The position numbers were made by a program, and so were the translations under genes. A stretch of 63,872 nucleotides of DNA, filler included, from Trichomonas gallinae (Eukaryota), in the NCBI GenBank assembly GCA_008369845.1. It is 11 parts of 11 records of this genome, joined end to end, with 100 filler letters (N's around TTAATTAATTAA, not from the genome) between each part and the next. Parts side by side here need not be neighbours in the genome. Positions count along the whole stretch, not along the records: positions 54,523 to 56,500 come from MRSU01000995.1; positions 56,601 to 58,413 come from MRSU01001010.1; positions 58,514 to 63,872 come from MRSU01001011.1; 8 more parts are not named here. One strand, given 5' to 3'. The notes beneath the pieces were generated by a model. That model made no database searches. It saw nothing but the letters and a program-made list of their open reading frames with translations, and was not told the DNA's origin. The number at the start of each line of letters is the position of its first letter. Within the stretch, counting starts at the first letter, position 1. Shown one piece after another: positions 54,634-63,872 of the stretch.

Positions 54634-55522
54634 AAAATTTCCAATTAATTGTTATTATTACTAATATTGATGGAGCAAAGGGCATATATATGCTGCATAC
54701 AAAAAACGAGATTTTATAACATTTATCAAAAAAGAAATAAGAATACAGGAGTGCATATTGCTATATCTACTTAACAAATTTTATAAATAAGTACGTTCTA
54801 TAATCAAATAAGAAATGCCTGACATTAATAACTATACTCAAAATAATGAATTCATTATTCAGAAACATGAAGCGTTTTCGTGATTTCTTTTGAGCGAAGT
54901 TGCTCGGAATCTTGTATGTCAGATGTCAGAAAAATTACAGTTTACCATTTGGTTCTCAATTATCGTCCATATTAATTCAAAATAAGAGATTGCATATTTC
55001 TTTGCTTTACAATACCTTAAACACTAATTCATTTACATCAAGGAAAATTTTAAAATGAAAATCATGCATATGTTTTTCATTATGGATTGCATCAATAAAG
55101 TAAGAACTGAACATGTAATGCCAAATGTTTTCAATAACTCTAATTAGTACTAAGTTTTATCTAAATTTAAAATATAAACTTTATTAGCACAAACATTATG
55201 TTACCTAAATGATTGTAATAATGCTAAATGAGTTTCTATTAAGAAATATAATGAGAAGGAAAGGGAAAAAAAAAGATCGGACATGTTATTGATTAGATAA
55301 TAAAGAATTATCCTCATTTATCCGACATGTTTGAATGCTATCTTATGATTGGTAAAAAAAAAACATCAACATCAAAATTGAAGTGTATATTTATAACAAT
55401 TTAATCATAATATATCAACAAGGAAGCAACTTTAGAAGCTAAAAATGAGTTCCAGAATCATGAAATGCTGGAAATAAATTGTTTTCTTTGTGTAAGTTTT
55501 TGTTTACATTTTATATCGTTGA

Positions 55523-56482
55523 TTGAGCAAATGGACTGACTGTTTTGATGGCAACCCATCAAACACAGTAAGCAACAACGAAACAGATTTAAATGATATT
55601 TCATCGGGCCAGTATCATGTTAAAGGCTGTGATTTCATCGAAATGCTTAATTCTGGTGCGATCACATGCAACACGAACGATGCAGCAACTAAATTTTTGA
55701 TTGATATTTGCTTATTCTACCATTGCACTAGGTATGGCCATGGTGGAGCAATATTATATGGGAATGAAGGCCAAATCATACAAAGAAAGATAAATTCCGA
55801 AAAATGTTTGCACGGAAATAAACTTTTTTTCGCTCATCATTCCCATACAACAGTTTCTAATTCTCATACAGCTAAAAATGATTTTTATTTATCATCGATT
55901 ACGAATATATTCGATGAAACTTGTCACCATACAATCAGAAATCTTCGTGGACAACTACAATATAAATATTTTAATATTTCTAGTTGCTCAATGCCAATTA
56001 TAACGTCTTTTGTTATTGCTGAACACAAAACTAGTATTGTTAGTTTTTGTAATTTTATTGATTTAAGTAGTAATGGTGATAGTTTACATTTTGATTCTGG
56101 AGAGAATGGACTTTATTACAGTAATGTAGTGAATGTTAAAATCAATGAACAAACTTATCCAGTCGTTTACTTTTATGCTAAGCCAAGTAGAAATGAGGTT
56201 GCTTTTTGCAATTTTTGTTCTAATCAAGCAAATTATGTTTTCAAAGCAGATCCAGCTACTGTTGCAACAATTTCATCATGTTATATAGATAATGCAAAAA
56301 GTATGAAATATACTGGATCAATTACGTTTAATTATATAATGAATGGAATTGGGGCTCCAAATGTTCATCTTTTATGTCCGATAATGATATCTTATCCATG
56401 CATTTGTACAAATGATCAGTATAATCATTTTACTTTCGTTTTCATGATGAGATACATAATAGTTCATATATTGATCGAATAA
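55523..56482 (+). pseudogene. Beta-helix-like family protein with a broken 5' end
   Basis: KWTDCF, KFLIDICLFYHC, HGGAILY..GQIIQ.KI family motifs; TGA directly precedes the TTG start; ATG 55465 is out of frame. Confidence 0.65.
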
Positions 56483-56500
56483 AGATATTATCATATTTGT
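56387..56500 (+). repeat. Inverted repeat, right arm (last ~32 codons and 3' flank of the 55523 gene)
   Basis: Pairs with 54523..54633. Confidence 0.93.
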
Positions 56501-56600
56501 NNNNNNNNNNNNNNNNNNNNNNNNNNNNNNNNNNNNNNNNNNNNTTAATTAATTAANNNNNNNNNNNNNNNNNNNNNNNNNNNNNNNNNNNNNNNNNNNN
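56501..56600. other. Artificial contig spacer
   Basis: 44 N + TTAATTAATTAA + 44 N. Confidence 0.97.
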
Positions 56601-56988
56601 TTTTTTTTTTTTTTTTTTTTTTTTTTTTTTCTTCGTCAGATAAACACAATTTTTCTCTTCGAAAAATCAAAATGCCCTATAGATTTTCATTGCTTTTTCT
56701 TCGTCAGATGAGCACAATTTTTTTTTCTAATTGAAAAATTAAATCATGCTATTAATAAGATGACCAATAATATTATTTCGATTTTTGCGAATCATCTTTC
56801 AATTCACAATGCATAAAAATTGAATTGCTTTTAAAATATTTGAAAACTCATTAACAAAATTTTCATAAGCATCGCTTTAAAAATTTCGCAGAAATTTACA
56901 GATTTAAATTCGGAAATAATATGATATCAATTATTAACATTTATCTAATTTGCACTATTTTTAAAACATTTTTTCCCCTTATTTTAGT

Positions 56989-58182
56989 ATGAGAAGGGCT
57001 AATAACACACGTGTTTTATCATCTTTGGGCCATATTAAAGGCACGCGATTAAAACTCATTCGTGGATCTAATTCACTGTCTCATAATCTTCCAAATCCTA
57101 TTCCAGCAATTCCTAGACAGCCGAGCGCAATTTTTTTATCACCTTTAGAAAACTTTAGCAAGCATTCAGCTGAACCAGTTATATACCAAGTCGATATACT
57201 TTCAAATTGGGGACATCCAGATCGCATTGCATGCTCAGCGATTTGGTTCTTAGATAAAGAGCGACATATTATTACTCCTACGAAGATTTCATCTGTCCCA
57301 TACTTTAGCCCAGACTTACTTGATAAGCTTTCTGGCGTCAGCTTGGTTAAAATGGACGACAACGAACTTTGGAATTCTAAATGGCCGCCGGAAGAAACAA
57401 ATCAAATTTCATTAGTGTTTTTCTTACCTGGAGACCAGACGCCTGCGTATGCTAGAATATGGAATACAACCTCACTCGGAGATGCATCTGTGAGAAAAAT
57501 TCAAGTCTCATGCGGAAAGGAAACTTTATACTTGGGTGAGATCCCAAGATGTTATGGAACTGACGTTCAACTTGCTCAAAATTTTGTCAAGCCAACGAAT
57601 TCTTTTGATATCATCGACGAACTTTTTGGAAATAAGAAGAAATCAAACACATTGGTCGATAAATACGGAACAGTTCCATTAAAGCAAGTCAAACAAGTTG
57701 AATTTACAATTCTCGATAATTATGGAAGCCCAAAGTTCATTGGACTCAACGCTATAGACTTTTACGATGAAAACTACGAGCATATTGCATGGTCAAATAT
57801 CTATGATATAGTTATCAAAAATTGTACAAGATTTACAGATCCAAAGAAACTTTTTAAGGATATAAAAGAAATAGATGATGATAATGAAATGTTTGTAGCA
57901 GAGTTTGAAAAGGAAAATGGAGCAATTCCAAAAATCTCTATATTATTTAAAGCGCCAATCTATATATCTCAGATAGTATTTTGGAACTACAACTCTCCTT
58001 CTAGAGGTACAAATATTGGTATAAAGAATGTAAAGATCAGCATGCATAATTCTGTAAAATGGTGTGGAAAGATAAAGAAAGCAACAGGAATCAAAGAAGC
58101 GGTTGGCGCAAGTACTTCTGCTGTATGGTTTATTGATATAGAGGAACTTTACAAGAAAGAATATAATACTAACCACATGTGA
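56989..58182 (+). CDS. KATNIP: KATNIP/KIAA0556-like (DUF4457) ciliary protein, two domains
   Basis: ILSNWGHPD..AIWFLD..ARIWN and ILDNYGSPKFIGLNAIDFYD..FWNYNS..GIKNVKI..GKIKKA repeats. Confidence 0.8.
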   Translation: MRRANNTRVLSSLGHIKGTRLKLIRGSNSLSHNLPNPIPAIPRQPSAIFLSPLENFSKHSAEPVIYQVDILSNWGHPDRIACSAIWFLDKERHIITPTKISSVPYFSPDLLDKLSGVSLVKMDDNELWNSKWPPEETNQISLVFFLPGDQTPAYARIWNTTSLGDASVRKIQVSCGKETLYLGEIPRCYGTDVQLAQNFVKPTNSFDIIDELFGNKKKSNTLVDKYGTVPLKQVKQVEFTILDNYGSPKFIGLNAIDFYDENYEHIAWSNIYDIVIKNCTRFTDPKKLFKDIKEIDDDNEMFVAEFEKENGAIPKISILFKAPIYISQIVFWNYNSPSRGTNIGIKNVKISMHNSVKWCGKIKKATGIKEAVGASTSAVWFIDIEELYKKEYNTNHM

Positions 58183-58413
58183 TTGATTTCACGTGGTTGG
58201 TTCTATCTATTCTATAACTTTATTTTATTATGAATATTTTTTTGTAATTTAAAGCGATATATTTATATTGAACTAGCTTTTGGCACGTTTTTATATTTTT
58301 TTTATGTAAATTTAGTTTACATGTCATAATTTAATCATTTAAAAAATAAATCATATTAAATTTAATATTTATTCTCTGTAATATATGAAAGCTGTTTCTT
58401 TTCTGCCAAATTT

Positions 58414-58513
58414 NNNNNNNNNNNNNNNNNNNNNNNNNNNNNNNNNNNNNNNNNNNNTTAATTAATTAANNNNNNNNNNNNNNNNNNNNNNNNNNNNNNN
58501 NNNNNNNNNNNNN
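58414..58513. other. Artificial contig spacer
   Basis: 44 N + TTAATTAATTAA + 44 N. Confidence 0.97.
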
Positions 58514-58663
58514 AAGTGACAATTTTTTCAATACTACTCATTGAATTATTCTATGAGAGTTATCAAATTGTTGGCCAAACCTGACTTTTGAAACGCAGTT
58601 TACTCGGTAAATTTTGAAAGTTAAATCACAAAAATATCAATTAATAAGCAAATCAATAATAAC

Positions 58664-59135
58664 ATGTTTGAGACTGATAGTTACACATCAAGGACACATC
58701 TCATCAAAGTTGAAAAATATGGTGAAACATTTTTAGATCGTTCTATCCAAAACAATAATTTCATACTTGCTCACTTCATTTTGGAGTTCGATGGAAACAA
58801 CTATAAAATCTCTGAAATTTATAAAATATTCTCCATTTATAAATTTGTGAGATATTGTCTCAGAATTCAACAAATTGATGCTAATTAAGCTCTAGTCTAA
58901 GCATAAAAATTTGGTTATTTTGAAGATGTCAAACTCCTTCTGACAATTCCTGAAATAGATATCAACGCAAAAACCAGTTGCAACGAAACAGCTTTGATAA
59001 TTGCTTCAAGAGAAGGTTATCATGAAGATGTCAAACTCCTTCTGACAGTTCCTGGAATAAATGTCAACCCAAAAGACAGTGAAAACAAAACAGCTTTGAT
59101 TTCGGCTTCACAAAGAGGTCATCATGAAGATGTAT
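58664..59135 (+). pseudogene. Ankyrin-repeat remnant (same family)
   Basis: In-frame stops at about 58886-58907, then GYFEDVKLLLTIPEIDINAK..ETALIIASREGYHEDVKLLLTVPGINVN..GHHEDV, truncated. Confidence 0.8.
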
Positions 59136-59452
59136 TTACAATTTTTAGATGTATTTGCTATTACTATAGTTATAGAACGTAAAATAAACTGTTAAACCTA
59201 TATATAAATAGCCAATAAGATCGGATTTCTTCATTAATTAATTAATTCAAAAATTGAAATGTATTTACATATCTATTTTCTTTGATTTAATCGTCTTCGC
59301 ATCTTATCTTTTACATGCATCTCATATGCAATAAAATCGATTTATTTCATATGTTATAACGTCAGGTTTTAGGAAAAGTTTGACTGAAATAAATCAAAAT
59401 CGTATTGACGTATAAGATTAAACTATACATGTCGGAATGGCGCTAGAATTTA

Positions 59453-59473
59453 GGCGCCAAAGGCGGCGCCAAA
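59453..59473. promoter_or_regulatory. Two tandem GGCGCCAAA (E2F-like) sites in a GC island
   Basis: GGCGCCAAA at 59453 and 59465; the reverse complement TTTGGCGC matches the E2F consensus. Confidence 0.35.
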
Positions 59474-59687
59474 GGCGGAACGATAACGATCTATAGATTA
59501 AACCATTCAATTTCGGCACTTTTTATACACATTAATTTCATGACAATTTGGCAATCGACTAAATTTTCTTAATAAGAAAAGTGACGATGGAAAAAGTCCA
59601 GAATTCAAAGATTGATTTGGATCGACATGTAAATTATTTTTTCACCTATATTATGAGCATATGATTCAAAAAGTGACAATTTTTATT

Positions 59688-60562
59688 ATGTTTCAATTTT
59701 TTTTGCTTTTCTTAAGTAGACTTCAGTAGTTAGAGTTAGAAATTCTGTATTTTGCTCATTAAACGAGTGCGCTGTTCGGGTTGAAAAGGATGTTGATTTA
59801 TATTTAAAGAATTGCCAATTTCAGTCTATATATAATGAAGTTCCAATGAGATTTGATTCGACAAGTGCTCCATCAATAATATCTTTTGATGGACGCCTTT
59901 GCCAATGCTCAAATATTGTCTCATTGAATTGCAATTCTTCAAAAAAGAGTATTATTCTTTTAAAATCTAGTATTAGAATAGAGTTGAATGATACATCCTC
60001 TTATTTATCCAAATGTACAAATTATCCAATAAATCTTGCATTATTGCCATCATTCGCGAACAACATAAATCTTTCGATGTTCACAGGAGCATATAATTCT
60101 GGTACCCTTCATTGCTCGTCTTTTCCGCCTGAATATCGTGTGAAATTCATGAATTTTAATAAAATTTATTCGCATTATATTTACGGCCAATCATGCAACT
60201 CATCAAACGAAATGTTGAATTATAAGCTTAATTTTCTGAATTGTACAGCTGAAGGCGAGCTAATATTTTCATCTGAGAAAAATCATAGATTTGAATCATT
60301 TTTGATTGTTGATTGCAAATCTAATGGATTTCTATATAAGAATTCACAAACTATAGTGACTTTTGTTGACTGCTTATGCCAATCTGATTATATAACAAGT
60401 GGATGCTTGAATCCTCATCAAACAGATTTCAGCAATGCTATTTCTGGTATAAATTTGAACCAAGAACAAGTAAATTGCAATCTATATGATACAGAATATG
60501 AAATTTATAATTTTGTAGCAATTTATTCGATAACATATTCAGTTTTCATACTTATAGATTAA
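59688..60562 (+). pseudogene. Cys/Asn-rich beta-helix-like protein frameshifted after its signal peptide
   Basis: AAAAGTGAC, then ATG 59688 MFQFFLLFLSRLQ-stop; the -1 frame TSVVRVRNSVFCSLNECAVRVE.. is open and continuous with ORF 59846..60562. Confidence 0.6.
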
Positions 60563-61519
60563 ACAAAACATCTTTCTGCTATGATCATTTATTTAACACT
60601 TGATTTTGTTGACAATTCTGGACAATTAGATAAATTTTCCTTATTTCACATTAAATATTGTTATGTATTTGATGAAAATCTAACGATTTCTCAATATTTG
60701 AGCCAATTAATAACTTATGTAAACAATTATTATTCAAGCATGCGTAAAGCTTTGTTTAAAATGCGATATCATCGTTACTGTATCAAAATAGGTGAAGTAT
60801 ATGACTTGTTGTGGAAAATAAGGATATTTTTTTCAAAATTTTTCAATATTTTGTAATTTATTAATATACTCTATCTAGCATCTTTTCCATAAGTATTTTA
60901 CTGAGTTTTCAAACTCCATAGAACATCTTTATCGTAATAAATTCTCCATCTTTAACTATATATAATTTGCAAATTTGTTATAGGTAAATCGAAAGTAATA
61001 TGAATAGAGTATCTTCTTGTGAATTATTTAGCCTCGATAATTCCAAAAATTTTTATCGAAGAAAAATACACTGCAGTTATACAAATTTGTAATACATCTA
61101 CTCCAGGAAATTGGTATAGAGTTATACAGCTTTGATATTTCTTAAAATTTTTATTCAAAGAGATTCTTAAGTAAAATGGCAAATTTACAATATGTAAACT
61201 GAAAGTAATCGGCATAAAATATCTAAATATTAATTGTAAAGACTTGATAATTAATAAAATTTTAATGAAAATTAATTCAAAACGATTAAGAGGCATTTCT
61301 ATATTATAAATGTTAACTTATTGCCTATATAAGTATAATAGTGGCAGTGGATTGGCATAAAAATGATGTTTTTCGTGAGAAATTTGATCGAACAAAAAAA
61401 AAATGAAGTCAAAATTTTGATAAATCAAATTTATGATTCCTAAAGCAGAGAAATTTTAGAATTTCGTATTTTTCGCAAAAATGAAGTGAAATTAACCTTA
61501 TTCATATTTGTTCTCTTGA

Positions 61520-63199
61520 ATGGAGTCTTATACTAAAACTTCATGCAACTTGAACCAAACCAGCAAAGCTGTTTGGGATATCCTTAACGAAAATCGCCAG
61601 AGTGGTCAGCCTCTTAAGCTTGAAATCGATTTGTGCAGATTATGCAAAGAAACTGTTGCTGTTTTAATGAATGGCCAATCAATCATTAAAAAGAGGCTCA
61701 GCAACTACTATTCATACGCTTCTAATACATTAGCTTTCGCTGATTCGGTTAAAAGCACGAAGCCGCATGATGAATTTCCGCAAATCATCGTCGATGACCT
61801 CAAAAACCGCGGAAAACTTTACGACTCATTATTATCAGACCGTGTCGACTTCGTCGGTGTCTGGACAGAGTTTCCTTCCGACGATACATGTTTTTATTCT
61901 GTAATCGCTTATAAGACATACAATTTTGATAGTTCCATCAAATCAATCATCGATGGTGTTAAAGGAAATTGCACAAAAGACAACATTTTGTCGATTATTA
62001 ACAGCATATTAAAAATTATTCACCATAAGCCATTGCAATTCAACGATGATCTTAAGCGCTACATTACTAATGAGGCTTCAGCAATTCACGATGACAAACA
62101 AAATATGGCTAAAGTTGTTGAAAAATTCAATTCATACTTCGAAGAAAAAGGCAACTTCGTTATAATGCCAATCAACAGCACAGACGCCAAAGAATTCATA
62201 CAGGATGCCATTCAGAACCCAATCTTCAATTCATTCTTAGTTTCGGATATCGACCAAATTGCATTTGACTCAGTTACTGATAGTGATGGTCAAATTTACT
62301 ACTTCTTTGCTTCGAAGTATGTAAAAATCAATGTTCCAGTTGATCCGAAATCAGCTCCACAGAATGAATCTCCAAGCCAAATCATCGAAACAATTTTGAA
62401 GCCAATCAATGCATTCAGGAGTTCGCTTAAGATCCAGCCATTACCAGTAAACGGCTTAGACTTCGTTGAAAAGAAAATTGCAAAATATCATCTCAGATCT
62501 CAAAATGATCTTGATAAACTCGCCAGCAAATACGGTGAACAGTTCTATGCACGCATGGTAACAGAAGATTCCGTTGAAAAGGCCCAACAAAGCATTTCAA
62601 ATGATGCAATGGAGAAAGGACTCAATTTCGTTAAGTCTGCTACACAGTATGCAATCCATATCAATCAACGTGCTGCTTCGTGCACAATTGTACTCATCTT
62701 GTACAACGCTATATATGAAAAAGGCGAGAAGAAGAAACCAAAGGAAGAAAAACGCGAACAAAAACCTCTTGCAAGAGAAGACAAGTCAAAGAAGTCAAAG
62801 CGTGAAGAGAAGAAACCAGCCAAGGCAGAAAGAGTTGATGATTCAAATCTCGAAGAAAGAATTTTCGATTTACTCAATGCCAAGCTTGCGGAAATGAATC
62901 TACAGCCAGTCAAGCGCTCAGAAGAACTCGAAGAAACAGCCCGCAAGATTGCCGAAGACAGAGCTAAGGACCAGCTGATTGTTATAGGCACAAAGCACAC
63001 AAACCCAATCAAAGAGAAATATCAGACACTCTTCCCGATAATGGAGAACATTACTCTCTTCTCGGCAACGAAAGACACTGATTTCGTTAATAAGATTGTT
63101 GAATCAGGAAAGCTTAGCAGCAACTTCACAATGGTAGGAATCGCAAAGATGGTTTCCTATGGAAGTCGCATATTTGTTGTTGCAGTTTTGGCAAATTAA
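61520..63199 (+). CDS. Protein with four degenerate CAP/SCP-like domains and a Lys/Glu-rich linker
   Basis: Repeated (I/L)N..R....PL.....L...A openings (ILNENRQ, IINSILK, PINAFRS, LLNAKLA), each closing with a VG.../V.L beta pair; TCATAT Inr upstream. Confidence 0.6.
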   Translation: MESYTKTSCNLNQTSKAVWDILNENRQSGQPLKLEIDLCRLCKETVAVLMNGQSIIKKRLSNYYSYASNTLAFADSVKSTKPHDEFPQIIVDDLKNRGKLYDSLLSDRVDFVGVWTEFPSDDTCFYSVIAYKTYNFDSSIKSIIDGVKGNCTKDNILSIINSILKIIHHKPLQFNDDLKRYITNEASAIHDDKQNMAKVVEKFNSYFEEKGNFVIMPINSTDAKEFIQDAIQNPIFNSFLVSDIDQIAFDSVTDSDGQIYYFFASKYVKINVPVDPKSAPQNESPSQIIETILKPINAFRSSLKIQPLPVNGLDFVEKKIAKYHLRSQNDLDKLASKYGEQFYARMVTEDSVEKAQQSISNDAMEKGLNFVKSATQYAIHINQRAASCTIVLILYNAIYEKGEKKKPKEEKREQKPLAREDKSKKSKREEKKPAKAERVDDSNLEERIFDLLNAKLAEMNLQPVKRSEELEETARKIAEDRAKDQLIVIGTKHTNPIKEKYQTLFPIMENITLFSATKDTDFVNKIVESGKLSSNFTMVGIAKMVSYGSRIFVVAVLAN

Positions 63200-63872
63200 A
63201 CATGTGGAAAATATATATAATTTAAACAGTTATTTATTAATAATAATTTTTTTGTTATTCAATTTTTCGACTCATGAATCGGCAGAGAGTTATACTAGAG
63301 TAGAGTTGAGAAAGAAGAAGACAGTGTGTGGACACAATGCACTTGTTGACAAGACCATAACCTTAGTTACTAAAAATCATTGACATTCATGAATAAAAAT
63401 ATTAATCTTTTATTTTATAATAATTAGACTGAGTTTCATAAGTCGAGCCTGAAATGAAATGTCACATATATGTACCAAAAAATGAGCTACTATTCATTTC
63501 AGTTGCCAAAATATTATTCTTTGATATACTTAATTTCGACGCAACACTATAGTGCAAATTTACAATGTCATTTTCCCAGCAATTCAATTCAGAATTAACT
63601 GACAATCTGACTTTAAGTATGTCGAAAAGTGGGGTGGGTTACCTTGCGACATCCTTACTGACTTCGTAAAATTTCCCTATTTGACAACTAATTCAACTAA
63701 TTATCATTTACCAATTTTTTGTCATTAGTCACGTTTATGAATTTGTCAAGTAAACTATACAAATATTTCAGTGAGGTTTATCAATGGAAAAGTGCAAAGT
63801 TTTAGTGGTTTGTTTAATATTTCTGTAATTTTTTGAATGATTTGAGGACAAAAATTGTCATTTATTTGAATG

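Noticed and set aside
55445..55525. Stop-codon reassignment to explain in-frame stops
   Set aside because: Intact genes in the window end in TAA, TAG and TGA, and long ORFs have no internal stops; the standard code fits
55492..55527. GTAAGT...GAG as an intron that repairs the 55523 gene
   Set aside because: No trichomonad branch/3' motif (ACTAAC..CAG), and removing it leaves ATG 55465 out of frame with the body
56601..56750. Poly-T plus duplicated CTTCGTCAGAT..CACAATTTTT as a retro-element tail
   Set aside because: Only a two-copy local duplication beside a homopolymer at a contig edge; no coding or TSD evidence
60581..61296. ORFs 60581..60856 and 61024..61296
   Set aside because: AT-rich, composition typical of random intergenic ORFs, no motifs

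Overview
AT-rich, intron-poor eukaryotic DNA that most likely comes from Trichomonas (T. vaginalis or a close trichomonad). The evidence is an initiator-binding-domain (IBD) gene, an R2R3-Myb gene, Bap-like and beta-helix surface-protein families, and TCACTTT/AAAAGTGAC, GGCGGTT and CCTTT promoter motifs. The window is not contiguous: it is 11 contigs joined by ten artificial 100-nt spacers (44 N + TTAATTAATTAA + 44 N), so neighbourhoods across spacers are unproven. It holds about 25 apparently intact intronless genes: two CAMK-group kinases, an IBD factor, a GT-C/PIG-V-like glycosyltransferase, Dus, a U2AF35-like protein, a giant CFAP47-like protein, a KATNIP-like protein, an importin-beta-like protein, a bacterial-type metallophosphoesterase and HAD hydrolase, Myb, EF-hand/CaaX, NT-C2 and several type I surface proteins. 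There are also gap-truncated genes (RPS3, a Bap-like protein, tRNA-Leu(AAG)) and decayed copies (three ankyrin remnants, an internally deleted Fe-ADH, three 5'-broken beta-helix paralogs). The most interesting observations are: a triplicated AGGG-N-CCCT dyad/promoter module before Dus whose TAGGGGTTGG core recurs at RPS3; the 3' end of an R2/NeSL-like non-LTR retroelement; a contig bounded by 111/114-bp inverted repeats made of a gene's own 3' end; phased TTTACATGTCAAAA arrays; and a protein with four degenerate CAP-like domains. I found no clear new multi-gene system. All family calls come from motif recognition by eye, with no database search.
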